DNA of 64,000 bases from positions 1,984,001 to 2,048,000 of the forward strand of contig OY776510.1 in assembly GCA_963675665.1 (NCBI GenBank), read 5' to 3'. The stretch's first letter is position 1, and the number at the start of each line of letters is the position of its first letter. A program made the translations under genes and the position numbers. Below, piece after piece: positions 9,908-19,867 of this stretch. The stretch comes from Spirochaetia bacterium. Its GTDB lineage: Bacteria; Spirochaetota; Spirochaetia; UBA9216. The notes beneath the pieces are model-generated. The model was not told the origin of the DNA. It searched no databases and worked only from the letters and a program-made list of their open reading frames with translations.

Positions 9908-10978
9908 ATGAAGAAAGATGAAGTAAAAAGATTTAATCTGGGATTGGAAAAGACGCCCATCCAGCGGCTTGAAAATGTAAACCGGGATTTAGGCGTAAAC
10001 CTGTACATTAAAAGAGACGATCTGAACGGCCTGGGAGCCGGCGGAAACAAGCTCAGAAAGCTGAATTATCTTGCCAAAGATGCTGTTCAAAGCGGCTGCA
10101 ATGTATTACTGACTTTCGGCGGCGTGCAGACAAACCACGGCAGAATGACGGCTGCGGTTGCTGCCAGGCTGGGTCTTAAAAGCTGTATAATTTTAAACGG
10201 CCCTCCCCCTGAAAAAGCTACCGGCAACCTTATTTTAGACAAAATGTTGAATTCAGAATTGGTATTTATGGATAATTCAGAATTTAAGAATGCTCCGGAT
10301 GCAGAAGAAAAAATGAATGTCCTTCGTGAAAAAACACTGAAGTCAGTAATAAAAAGCTATGAAGAAAATGGCGACAAGGTATATATAATTCCTCTCGGCG
10401 GCAGTAATCCGTTAGGCGCATTAGGTTATGTTGATGCTGTTGATGAAATTGAAACGCAGCTGTCTGAAATGCATTTAGACCTTGATTATATGATAACCGC
10501 TTATGGTTCCATCGGTACATACGCGGGGCTTATTGTCGGAAGCAGGATGAGGAACCATAATTATAAATTGATAGGTATGAATGTGCTGCATGATTTTATC
10601 AGCCATCCGGAACTGCTAAATGAACATCTGGATTATATCAACGATATCAGCCGTATGTATGATTTAGGCGTAACCATAACGTCTGAGGATCTGTGGATAG
10701 AAAAAGAAACAATACGCAGCGGTTATAATATTCCTGATCCGCTAACCCAGGAGAGGGTGATGTATCTTGCAGCCCGGGAAGCAATTTTTCTCGACTACTG
10801 TTACACAGGCAAAGCCTTCAGCGGGCTGGTTGATCTGGTTAATCAGAAAAAAATCCCGCGGGGTTCAAATATTCTGTTCATGCATACCGGGGGGCTTCCG
10901 GGGATATTCTCTGATATTCACGAAGACGCCATGCAGGAAAAACTTTGGTCGGGTAATCAGAAAGTTTTTACGCTATAA
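9908..10978 (+). CDS. D-cysteine desulfhydrase family PLP enzyme
   Basis: KRDDL..GGNKLRKL, QTNHGR, YTGKA and HTGG (D-Cys desulfhydrase type, not the YEGKS/HLGG of ACC deaminase). Confidence 0.85.
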   Translation: MKKDEVKRFNLGLEKTPIQRLENVNRDLGVNLYIKRDDLNGLGAGGNKLRKLNYLAKDAVQSGCNVLLTFGGVQTNHGRMTAAVAARLGLKSCIILNGPPPEKATGNLILDKMLNSELVFMDNSEFKNAPDAEEKMNVLREKTLKSVIKSYEENGDKVYIIPLGGSNPLGALGYVDAVDEIETQLSEMHLDLDYMITAYGSIGTYAGLIVGSRMRNHNYKLIGMNVLHDFISHPELLNEHLDYINDISRMYDLGVTITSEDLWIEKETIRSGYNIPDPLTQERVMYLAAREAIFLDYCYTGKAFSGLVDLVNQKKIPRGSNILFMHTGGLPGIFSDIHEDAMQEKLWSGNQKVFTL

Positions 10979-10995
10979 ACAAAGGAGTCAATATT

Positions 10996-11379
10996 ATGGG
11001 TAAAAAAATTATTAATACAGAAAATGCGCCGAAAGCAATCGGGCCATATTCCCAGGCAGTCATTTCAGGCAATTTAATTTTTATTTCCGGACAACTTCCA
11101 ATAAACCCTGATTCTAATGAAATGGCGGAAGCCGACTACGCAGAACAGACAAAGCAGTGTATGAAAAATATTATCGGGATTCTGAGAGAACAAAAATTGG
11201 GTGTCGGGAATATATTAAAAACTACAATCTTTATGAAAGACTTATCTGCTTTTCAGAAAGTAAACGAAGCATATGCAGGGTTTTTTGATAAAGATTTTCC
11301 AGGACGGGCATGTGTAGAAATCAGCAGACTTCCTAAAGATGCATTGGTTGAAATCGAGGCCGTCGCAGCGATTTTCTAG
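10996..11379 (+). CDS. ridA: RidA reactive enamine/imine deaminase
   Basis: APKAIGPYSQA, SGQLP, FPGRACV, LPKDALVEIEA. Confidence 0.92.
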   Translation: MGKKIINTENAPKAIGPYSQAVISGNLIFISGQLPINPDSNEMAEADYAEQTKQCMKNIIGILREQKLGVGNILKTTIFMKDLSAFQKVNEAYAGFFDKDFPGRACVEISRLPKDALVEIEAVAAIF

Positions 11380-11445
11380 AGTATGAATGTTTTTTATGTT
11401 GCCTGATTTATATAGTTTCAGGCAGCATTATTCGAAATGATAGGC

Positions 11446-12657
11446 TTACAACCGGGTGAAACCGCCGATATACCTCTTTAAAAAAGGCACATCCTTATTT
11501 ATTCCCGGGCCGTAAAGCTTGAAGATTATGAGCTCCTCTTTTCCTTCATTCCTGATGACTAATTCGCTTGCCGCTTTTTCATGCACTACAAGAAGCTCAT
11601 CGTTTCCGACGTCTTTTCCTGTGAATGGAACTCCGTCGATACTGCCGCTTCCTTTCCAGACAAAAAAGGTGTATATGCCTTTGTCCCTTGATTTGTATGT
11701 TTTTCCGGGGTATACGGTCAGTTTTTTTGCGCTGAATTTATGCGTGTTGTAACTAATCCATTCTTCAAAACCGCCGGTTTGGACGCTGCCCTGAATTTTT
11801 ATCGGAGTAAGGTGACGGTTCTCGTAAAAGTAGGGGTCTCCGTTAAGTTCCCAGTCGGCAAGATCAAGCGCCGAGGCTTCATGTTTTGAATTCCAGCGAT
11901 CATCCGGAATGTCTTTATGAAGCAATGATTTATCAATCCTGATATCTCCTATTTTGGCCTGGAGAACCGAAAAAACGTCCGAAGGTTCCTGCAACTCAAG
12001 CGTCAGCGCGGTGCCCGGAGCATGCAGTCCCCCCGCGGGAAGATGAAACCCCTCTCCCGGAACATTCATGTACGCCTTTGAGTGTTTCAGTATTAAATCG
12101 CTGTTCCAGTCCTCGAGATACGGCAGCAGGGTTTCATACTGAATATTCTGCTCTACAAGGCAGGGGTGGACCCCGAAAAAGGTTTCCGGATACGTCCCAG
12201 TCGGAGCGTCCTCCAGAAAATAGTATGTTTCTTCCTTGGGTTTCTTGCCGACGAGGGCGGCGTCCTTCTCCATCAGGTGGATATGGTAGTAAAGCCTGCA
12301 TTTAAAGTCGAAAACCTTCGCAAGAAGCCCTATGCAGTTTGTTTTTTCTGCGCGTTCCTTTCCCAGAAACATTTCTCCGGAGAGGTTAACGGCCTCTTTG
12401 AGGGTTATATTTTCTCCGTCGATGTCCAGATACGACAGCCCCTCGTCGGGAGGGCCAAGCGGCGTGTCGGCTGTTGTTTCCGAAGCAAGACAGCGCGCAA
12501 TAATTTCGCCCCGTTCTCCCTTGTTGTACTCCTCTTCCGGCAGGCCCAGTCTGCGTCCCGACGGAAGCCCTTTTCTGGCTATAAATGCGGGTCTTAACCG
12601 CAGAATTCCGTTCTGATTTTCTATAAACTTTTCAACTGTTTCTCGCCTCTTGATCAT
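11446..12657 (-). CDS. Type I phosphomannose-isomerase-like cupin (sugar isomerase, substrate unknown)
   Basis: HIH..KPKEETYYF and GGLHAPG..LELQEPSDV metal-binding cupin motifs. Confidence 0.6.
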   Translation of the reverse strand: MIKRRETVEKFIENQNGILRLRPAFIARKGLPSGRRLGLPEEEYNKGERGEIIARCLASETTADTPLGPPDEGLSYLDIDGENITLKEAVNLSGEMFLGKERAEKTNCIGLLAKVFDFKCRLYYHIHLMEKDAALVGKKPKEETYYFLEDAPTGTYPETFFGVHPCLVEQNIQYETLLPYLEDWNSDLILKHSKAYMNVPGEGFHLPAGGLHAPGTALTLELQEPSDVFSVLQAKIGDIRIDKSLLHKDIPDDRWNSKHEASALDLADWELNGDPYFYENRHLTPIKIQGSVQTGGFEEWISYNTHKFSAKKLTVYPGKTYKSRDKGIYTFFVWKGSGSIDGVPFTGKDVGNDELLVVHEKAASELVIRNEGKEELIIFKLYGPGINKDVPFLKRYIGGFTRL

Positions 12658-12692
12658 TTGTGCATTGTACACGATGTACAATTAGCTGTCAA
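12658..12692 (-). promoter_or_regulatory. Promoter of cupin gene (probably leaderless) overlapped by TTGT(G/A)CA repeats
   Basis: Minus strand TTGACA(12692-12687)-17 nt-TACAAT(12669-12664)-6 nt-ATG(12657); no SD. Confidence 0.65.
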
Positions 12693-12797
12693 ACGGATGT
12701 TAAAAAAATTGCCGGGTATTCTTTTGCGTGATATAATATGTAAACCTTAAAACATCAGCGGGGGTCACAAATTAAAGCTAATTCGTTTCAGGGCTCA

Positions 12798-14579
12798 TTG
12801 CGTACCAGGCTTCTTGTCACTTTGATTCTCATATCAGTGCTTCCTTCCAGCTTTATTGGGGTAGTGGCGTTCAAGATATCTTCTAAAGTTTTAAATGATA
12901 TGGCTATCGAATCCAGTACTGAATTAATAGACAGGATCGGCGGTGAACTGGACAGCCTTTTTTTTGAAGCCTATAAACTGTCGGTAATTATATCGGACAA
13001 TCTCAAGATTCAGACAGTACTAAGGAAGGACTTTGCCGACAATTCAGAGAAGTATGCAATTGATCTTGAGGCAAGTACCGAGCTTTATTTTATCAAGGAT
13101 TATAAAAAGGAAATCTTTGGTCTTTATGTAATAGGCGAAAACGGAGGACGATACCGTTCAAATTTCTATACTTTCAAGGAAGTTAATTTTCAGACCAAAC
13201 GCTGGTATCAGGATATTATAGAGTCGGATTCCCCGGTCTGGACCGGTCCGAATAAAGGTTCAAAAGTTGTTGTTACAACCGGCGATGAGGTGTTTGAACT
13301 GGGCATTCCGATCATTGACAAGGCTTCAGGCAACAAAATGGGGATTGTTCTGTCTGAAATTACGGAAAAGAAGATTCGGAGTATAATAAATGCCAGGCTC
13401 GGTAAAACCGGTTTTATTGTTGTTCTTAATGAAGACAATGAAATAATATCAGGAAAAGAGAACGCTGAAGACCTGACGGAATTGGAGCTAAGTTCTTTTC
13501 AGAAGATTAAAGCGGCAAGCTATGAGGAGCTTGATACCGTAATAAGGGGTGTCGGCACTTTTTTAAATGATTCGGCTGTCGATGTGATAAGCGATTTGCC
13601 GCTTGTAATTGTAAAATCATTTCCTATCAATGGCTGGAAGGTTGTAGGCTTTATTCCCAGAGAAGAATTAACTAAAAACTCCAAACGAATAGGAATCATA
13701 GTAGCAATACTGATTCTGCTTTTATCAGTACTCTCGGTTCTGCTTTCATGGTATTTTTCGGGGCAGATAGTAAAACCTATCAGATCGCTTATAGGACTCA
13801 TGGGCCGGGTTGAAGACGGAGATCTTGATGTTAATATGAAACTGACCCGCGATGATGAAATAGGCCATCTCGGCAACAGTTTTAACATGATGATAAAAAG
13901 AATAAAAGCGCTGATGCAGCAGATATACGATGAGCATAAAAAGCTTGAAAAGGCCAAGTATAAAACCTTGCAGGCGCAGATAAATCCTCATTTCCTGTAT
14001 AATACTCTTGATTCGGTAATATGGCTGGCAAGGGCCCGGTCATATAACAAGATTGTTACAATGACTACAGCGCTGACTAAGTTTTTCAGAATAGGTTTAA
14101 GCCGGGGAAAGGATCTGATTACAATACAGGAAGAATTTGCCCATGTTGAAAATTACCTGATTATTCAGAGTATCAGGTATGAAGACAAATTTAATTACAG
14201 TATAGATTACGATGAAGATATTGCGCAGCTTAAGATTATCAAGATTGTGCTTCAACCCCTTGTCGAGAACGCAATATATCATGGCGTTAAAATGAAGCGG
14301 GGGGGTGGTGAAATCAGGATCTCCGGAAAAAGAACGGGTGATGACGTCCGAATCGTGATTACCGACACCGGTGCAGGTATGTCGTCTGAACAGTTGAATG
14401 CTCTTAACAACACGCTGAACAGAACAGGCAGTGATAAACTTGACAGTTACGGCGTAATTAATGTAAATGAGCGTATCAGAATCTTTTTCGGTGACAAATA
14501 CGGGTTGACATATAAGAGTATTGCAGGAGAAGGAACGGAAGTTACAATGAACATTCCGGCTGTGACAGATTATGAATGA
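12798..14579 (+). CDS. YesM/LytS-type sensor histidine kinase (Cache, HAMP)
   Basis: Two TM segments; DEIGHL HAMP; QAQINPHFLYNTL; LQPLVENAIYHG; DTGAGM. Confidence 0.93.
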   Translation: MRTRLLVTLILISVLPSSFIGVVAFKISSKVLNDMAIESSTELIDRIGGELDSLFFEAYKLSVIISDNLKIQTVLRKDFADNSEKYAIDLEASTELYFIKDYKKEIFGLYVIGENGGRYRSNFYTFKEVNFQTKRWYQDIIESDSPVWTGPNKGSKVVVTTGDEVFELGIPIIDKASGNKMGIVLSEITEKKIRSIINARLGKTGFIVVLNEDNEIISGKENAEDLTELELSSFQKIKAASYEELDTVIRGVGTFLNDSAVDVISDLPLVIVKSFPINGWKVVGFIPREELTKNSKRIGIIVAILILLLSVLSVLLSWYFSGQIVKPIRSLIGLMGRVEDGDLDVNMKLTRDDEIGHLGNSFNMMIKRIKALMQQIYDEHKKLEKAKYKTLQAQINPHFLYNTLDSVIWLARARSYNKIVTMTTALTKFFRIGLSRGKDLITIQEEFAHVENYLIIQSIRYEDKFNYSIDYDEDIAQLKIIKIVLQPLVENAIYHGVKMKRGGGEIRISGKRTGDDVRIVITDTGAGMSSEQLNALNNTLNRTGSDKLDSYGVINVNERIRIFFGDKYGLTYKSIAGEGTEVTMNIPAVTDYE

Positions 14580-16191
14580 GATGTTGAAGGTCCTTATTGT
14601 TGATGATGAGAAAATCATCCGTGAAGGTATGGTTTCCGGTATAGAATGGGAAAGTCTGGGGTTTAAAGTGTCCGGGCAGGCCGAAGACGGAGAGACAGCA
14701 ATAGAAATAATAGACGCAATAAAACCCGATCTTGTAATCACGGATATCAAGATGCCGTTTATAGACGGATTGCAGCTGGTTGAAATACTTAAAGATAAAC
14801 ACCCGGGTATTCTGACTGTGATAATCAGCGGTCATGACGAATTTGAATATGCCCAGAAAGCAGTCAAACTGGGAGCTTATGACTATCTGCTGAAACCCCT
14901 TGATCTGCAATATCTGTGTCAAATGCTGATCGATATAAAAGAATATATTTTCCAGCACAGGGAAATGAAGAGCGACAGTGAGGAATTACGTCTTTTAAAA
15001 ATATTCAGGAAGATCTGGGGGTCATATCAGATTCCGGAGCAGGACAGTAGCTACCTCGAAAAATTGTGGAACAGCAAATTGCAGGATTTGATCTACTGTG
15101 CTGCCGTACTTTCGGTTGACAAGGTCGGTTGTAACCCTCCCAGTGAAAAAGAAACTGAACATCAGCTGCTCGATTATTTTATCAGGGAGCTGATTCAGAA
15201 TACCGATGTTGATTTTTACATTGAGAAATCGGTCCTGTATCTTGAAGACGGAAAATACGGAATGATCCTGGTAGGCAGGGATTTTGAGAGCATGAAAAAA
15301 GATACGGAGGTTTTTGTCGAAAAGATTGAGGATTCTTTTAAAACCATGCTTGGAGTGCAGACTTTTATATCCGTAAGCGGAATTCACAAAGGTGTTAACG
15401 GTCTTGGTGTAGCAGTTAAGGAAGCCGGAAAAGCTTTTGAGTTTCGGTATATCGCAGGGGCCAAGAAGATTGTTTCATTCAATAACATCAAAAATCAAAG
15501 CGGCCTGGAGAATTCTTATTATGATATTTCGGGAATTCTGACGTCAGTTAAATTCGGAGATAAAATCCTTCTTTCGGAAGAATTGAGAATGGTGCTTAAA
15601 GCAGCGGTAGCCAGAAGAGAGAATGCAAAAGGTTTTATAGATTTTATCTGTGCGGGACTGTTGAGTGTAGCAGTTGATATTATTCAGGAATACGGAGGCA
15701 GTATTGAGGATATCTTTGATGATCCGGTATTTGAATTCAACAGACTGTCGTCCATGACTTCTCTTGATATTGCAATTGAACAGCTTAACCAGCTTCTGAA
15801 CAGAATTATCGATTACCTGGATAAAATAAGAAAAACAGGCATAACAGGAAAGGTTGAAGACGCCAGAAAATATATAGATGCCGAATACGCCAATAAACAG
15901 ATATCATTGCAGTTGGTAGCGGATTATGTTCATATTAATCTTTGTTACCTGAGTGAACTGTTTAAAAAGCAGACGGGACAGTCCTATATTGAATATCTTA
16001 CCGGACGACGGATTGGGAAAGCGGAGGAACTTCTTGCCTGTACAGACTTTAAAAGTTATGAAATTGCCGATATGATCGGATATGAAAATGCAACCTATTT
16101 CAGTACAACATTTAAAAAGATGACCGGCGTATCGCCGATGGATTACAGAAGAAACGCAAAAAGGACTGTTGAAAATGAACTTCAGGATTAA
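14572..16191 (+). CDS. YesN-type response regulator (REC + AraC HTH)
   Basis: VLIVDDE, ITDIKMP, YLLKP; C-terminal YLSELFKKQTG..GYENATYFSTTFKK. Confidence 0.93.
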   Translation: MNEMLKVLIVDDEKIIREGMVSGIEWESLGFKVSGQAEDGETAIEIIDAIKPDLVITDIKMPFIDGLQLVEILKDKHPGILTVIISGHDEFEYAQKAVKLGAYDYLLKPLDLQYLCQMLIDIKEYIFQHREMKSDSEELRLLKIFRKIWGSYQIPEQDSSYLEKLWNSKLQDLIYCAAVLSVDKVGCNPPSEKETEHQLLDYFIRELIQNTDVDFYIEKSVLYLEDGKYGMILVGRDFESMKKDTEVFVEKIEDSFKTMLGVQTFISVSGIHKGVNGLGVAVKEAGKAFEFRYIAGAKKIVSFNNIKNQSGLENSYYDISGILTSVKFGDKILLSEELRMVLKAAVARRENAKGFIDFICAGLLSVAVDIIQEYGGSIEDIFDDPVFEFNRLSSMTSLDIAIEQLNQLLNRIIDYLDKIRKTGITGKVEDARKYIDAEYANKQISLQLVADYVHINLCYLSELFKKQTGQSYIEYLTGRRIGKAEELLACTDFKSYEIADMIGYENATYFSTTFKKMTGVSPMDYRRNAKRTVENELQD

Positions 16192-17185
16192 AAACGCCAT
16201 GTTTTTTTTTATTACACTATCGGTTTTCTTTATCCTGCTTTCAGGATGTTCGAATAAGGAAGATTCTTCGGCGGACGATGTCCAGGCTGATAATAAACAG
16301 TTGAAATATGATAAACAAATTAAGGTCGGCTTCTCCCAGATGGAGAACGATAATCCGTGGAGAATATGCGAAACAAACAGTGTGCTCTCCGAAGCGTCGA
16401 TTCGGGGTTATGAAGTTGTTTACAGAGACGCTGAAAGCCAGGTATTCAGGCAGATTGAGGATGTTGAGTACATGATTTCCCAGGGGGTTGATATTATTCT
16501 TCTTGCGCCCAGGCAGTACGAAGAAGCCCGTCAGGCGCTGGTTCTTGCACGTGAAGCCGGAGTTCCAATAATCCTTCTGGACAGAACGGTAAGAGGCGAA
16601 CCCGGCGTTGATTATGTAACGAATATTATGGGCAATTTCATTGAAGTCGGAAGTCGGGCCTGCAGGATAATAGCAGAAAAATATGAAGGAAAAAGGTGTA
16701 ATGTTGTGGAGCTTAGAGGGACTGAAGGCGCTTCATGTGCGATAGAACTTTCAGAAGGATTCAGGCAGGAAATGGCAAACCATCCCAATATGAAAATAAT
16801 CGCCTCTGAGTCCGGGGATTTCAACCGTTCGGATGCCCAAAAAGTAATAGAGACCATTATCCAGAATTACGGTTCCGAGATAGACGCTGTTTTTGGTCAT
16901 AGCGATGAAGAGGGTATAGCAGCCATCCAGGCTTTCAAGGCTGTGGGGATTAAACCCAACGAAGATGTATTCATCGTAACAATGTGCGGGATGAAAGACG
17001 CGTTAAAGGCAATTGTCGGCGGCGACCTGCTGGCTTCGATAGAATGTTCACCGCGTCTTGGACCGATTGCTTTTGATACGATTGAAGCTTATTTTCGTGG
17101 TGAGGATATTCCCGTTTATATTGAAATGCCCGGGAAAACCTATGATATTACAAATGCCGAGGAATTAATGTCTGAGGGTTATTAA
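16175..17185 (+). CDS. Sugar-binding lipoprotein (YtfQ-like), no cognate permease nearby
   Basis: Lipobox LLSGC; VGFSQMENDNPWR, GVPIILLDR, IECSPRLGP. Confidence 0.85.
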   Translation: MNFRIKNAMFFFITLSVFFILLSGCSNKEDSSADDVQADNKQLKYDKQIKVGFSQMENDNPWRICETNSVLSEASIRGYEVVYRDAESQVFRQIEDVEYMISQGVDIILLAPRQYEEARQALVLAREAGVPIILLDRTVRGEPGVDYVTNIMGNFIEVGSRACRIIAEKYEGKRCNVVELRGTEGASCAIELSEGFRQEMANHPNMKIIASESGDFNRSDAQKVIETIIQNYGSEIDAVFGHSDEEGIAAIQAFKAVGIKPNEDVFIVTMCGMKDALKAIVGGDLLASIECSPRLGPIAFDTIEAYFRGEDIPVYIEMPGKTYDITNAEELMSEGY

Positions 17186-17232
17186 TCATTGAAAGATTTA
17201 AATATCCGATAGATACAAACAGCTTTCAGAGA

Positions 17233-17883
17233 TTAACCGGGATAATAAAAAGCCTCCAGGTGTTCCTTTATCAGAGCTTTCGCTTCGCGTTTTTTCCGCT
17301 TTCGTATGGCTTCCGTCAGCGGAAGGTGATGTGAGGGGCCTTTCTTGATATCTTCTTCAGAAGAGTAGACAGTTGCTCGTAAAAGCTGCACTTTCACGTC
17401 GAGATTCTGCATTATTTCGAACAGGTAAGGGTTTCCGCTGATCCTGGCCAGTTCCATATGGAACTGGCTGTCCTTTTCAAAAAGCTCTGAGTGCATTCCC
17501 CTGGAAGCCAGTGATATACATTCTCTTGCTATTTCCTCAAGGTGATCGCAGTCTTCGTCGGTAGCATTGCCGATGCATTCATCAACGGCAAGCGTATCAA
17601 GCAGTATTCGAATTTTCCCGATATGTTCTTTATCTTCCAGAGACAGCTTAACTACCTCGGCATACTGTCGGGGTTTTATTGTTATAAGGCCGTATCTTTC
17701 AAGACGTCTTAAAGCTTCTCTTATGGGAGTCCTGGAAAGTCCGAAAGATTTGGCAATTTCTTCTTCGGAGATCCTTTCTCCTCCCTTGATTTCGCTGTTA
17801 AGGATCATTCTCTTTATTCTGTCGTATACCTGTTCACTCAGATTCTTTTTGTCGATGGGTTGATTCATAGGTATTTTTGCCAT
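17233..17883 (-). CDS. GntR family regulator (FCD)
   Basis: GERISEEEIAKSFGLSRTPIREALRRL; DSQFH..SGNPYL. Confidence 0.92.
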   Translation of the reverse strand: MAKIPMNQPIDKKNLSEQVYDRIKRMILNSEIKGGERISEEEIAKSFGLSRTPIREALRRLERYGLITIKPRQYAEVVKLSLEDKEHIGKIRILLDTLAVDECIGNATDEDCDHLEEIARECISLASRGMHSELFEKDSQFHMELARISGNPYLFEIMQNLDVKVQLLRATVYSSEEDIKKGPSHHLPLTEAIRKRKKREAKALIKEHLEAFYYPG

Positions 17884-17912
17884 GGGTTCCTTCTCGTTAC
17901 ATCTTTTATTTT

Positions 17913-18028
17913 ATGTATATTGTACACCAAAACCAAAGGATAGTACATATGCATGTTTTCAATAACTTGACAAAAGGCTCTAACAGATCTATATTTTAAG
18001 TGTATTGAGCATTGTGCATTGTGTACAA
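17913..18028. promoter_or_regulatory. Divergent promoter region with heptamer repeats (candidate GntR operators)
   Basis: ATGTATA-TTGTACA (17913); TTGAGCA-TTGTGCA-TTGTGTACAA (18005-18028); TTGACA at 17967; similar repeats at 12658-12681. Confidence 0.55.
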
Positions 18029-18043
18029 TTAGGAGGGATTTTA

Positions 18044-19867
18044 ATGGAAGGATACTACAACAGGCTGATTGAAATAGATTTGTCTTCAGGTTTTAAAAAT
18101 GTAAAAGAGATAGGAAAAGATGTGTTGCAGAAATATATAGGCGGTAGCGGCCTCGGAGCCAGAATTTTATATGATTCAACAGGTCCTCAAACTGATCCGC
18201 TTGGGCCGGAAAATGTAATGATCTGGGCAACGGGACCTGTCTCAGCCACTGCGGGGTTTAATTCGGACCGCTTCGAAGTTGTAAGTAAATCTCCGCAGTC
18301 CGGAATTTACGGCGAGGCTTCGTGCGGTGGTAAGTGGGGCAGCCGTTTTAAAAAGACGGGTTATGATGCGATTGTTGTAAAAGGAAAGGCTGATTTCCCT
18401 GTATATCTGAAAATAAGCGATCAGGAAATAGAGATAAAAAGTGCGGAGAACCTCTGGGGGCTAGATACATTTCAAACACAGAGAATATTAAAAGAACTGG
18501 AAGGGAAATCATGCGAAGTTGCATGCATAGGACCGTCCGGAGAAAAAATGGTCAGAATAGCGGCAATAATAGCCGACGGGGCGCACGGCAGGGCCGCCGG
18601 AAGATGCGGGCTTGGGGCGGTCATGGGTTCAAAAAATCTGAAAGCTGTAGTTGTTGCCGGTTCCAGTTCTCCCGATATACACAACCAGGATCAAATTAAG
18701 GAAATTAATAAGTCCCTGAATAAATCCATGAAAGAGGAAGCTGCAGGCATGCGTGAGGCAGGTACAACCTGCGCACTTGATTTCTTTGAAGAGATTGGCA
18801 ATCTCCCGATAAAAAACTGGTATCAGGGCAACTGGCCCGAGGGCGCGGAGAAGATAAAAGGTTATACGACAGTTAAGACCCACAATTTGAAAAATTACGC
18901 CTGCGGCAAATGTCCGATTGCATGCGGTAAGGTCGGAACAGCGAAGGGCGGGCCTTACGACGGTGAAAAGGTTGCCGCCCCTGAGTATGAGACAGTCGGC
19001 CTGATGGGGGCAAATCTGCTCATCGATGATTATGACGTGATACTTAAGGAAAACGAGATATGCAACCGTTACGGGGTTGATACGATAGCCGCCGGAAACA
19101 CGATTGCAGCCGCCATGGAAGCCTTCGAGAAGGGCATTCTGTCGAAAGAAGATACCGAAGGTATTGACCTGCGGTTCGGAAACGGCGAGGCTGCTCTGGA
19201 AGCCCTTGAAAAACTCTGCAACGCGGAAGGCCGGCTTGGAAAACTGCTTTGCGACGGCGTAAGAAGCTTTGCAGAAAAAACCGGGCCCGGGGTTGCCGAG
19301 TTTGCCCAGCATGTGAAAGGCCTTGAATTTCCGGCCCATGATCCAAGGGCCAATTTTTCGCTGGCCCTTGCATATGCCACCTCAAACAGGGGTGCATGTC
19401 ATTTGTCTTTTACCCAGGATTATGAAGAAGCATTCGTAGAGAACCTTGGTGTTGAAGCTTCTGAGGGGAGGTTCTCACCCAAAAAAGCGGCGATAGTAGC
19501 AAGGATGCAGGACTGGTCATGTCTCTTTGATTCTTTATGCATCTGCAAATTTGCGCGGTACGGAGGCTTAATGGTGCAGCATACGCTCGATTATCTTAAT
19601 GCATCTACCGGCTGGAACATGTCGGTAGAAGATTTTCTTAAAACCGGCGAGCGTATATTCAACCTGAAACGATTATATAATCAGCGGCACGGAATCTCCA
19701 GAAAAGACGATACTCTTCCGCCCCGGATACTTACGCACAGACGGGGAGGCGGGACGAATGAGCTTCCGCCGTTGAATTTAATGTTAAGCGATTATTATGA
19801 ATTCCGCGGATGGGATGAAACCGGCAGGGTTTCAGAACAGAAAAAACAGGAGTTGGAGTTAGTATGA
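18044..19867 (+). CDS. Tungsten-dependent aldehyde:ferredoxin oxidoreductase (AOR family)
   Basis: GGSGLG, GRCGLGAVMGSKNLKA, CxxCxxxC (CGKCPIAC), PEYET, GVDTI, HDPR, RGACH; RBS GGAGG. Confidence 0.92.
   Translation: MEGYYNRLIEIDLSSGFKNVKEIGKDVLQKYIGGSGLGARILYDSTGPQTDPLGPENVMIWATGPVSATAGFNSDRFEVVSKSPQSGIYGEASCGGKWGSRFKKTGYDAIVVKGKADFPVYLKISDQEIEIKSAENLWGLDTFQTQRILKELEGKSCEVACIGPSGEKMVRIAAIIADGAHGRAAGRCGLGAVMGSKNLKAVVVAGSSSPDIHNQDQIKEINKSLNKSMKEEAAGMREAGTTCALDFFEEIGNLPIKNWYQGNWPEGAEKIKGYTTVKTHNLKNYACGKCPIACGKVGTAKGGPYDGEKVAAPEYETVGLMGANLLIDDYDVILKENEICNRYGVDTIAAGNTIAAAMEAFEKGILSKEDTEGIDLRFGNGEAALEALEKLCNAEGRLGKLLCDGVRSFAEKTGPGVAEFAQHVKGLEFPAHDPRANFSLALAYATSNRGACHLSFTQDYEEAFVENLGVEASEGRFSPKKAAIVARMQDWSCLFDSLCICKFARYGGLMVQHTLDYLNASTGWNMSVEDFLKTGERIFNLKRLYNQRHGISRKDDTLPPRILTHRRGGGTNELPPLNLMLSDYYEFRGWDETGRVSEQKKQELELV

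Noticed and set aside
9908-10978. ACC deaminase
   Set aside because: Has YTGKA/HTGG, not the Glu/Leu pair diagnostic of ACC deaminase
12738-12800. ATG-TAA minigene and possible ATT start (12771) for the kinase
   Set aside because: Cannot be distinguished from chance; an in-frame TTG at 12798 suffices
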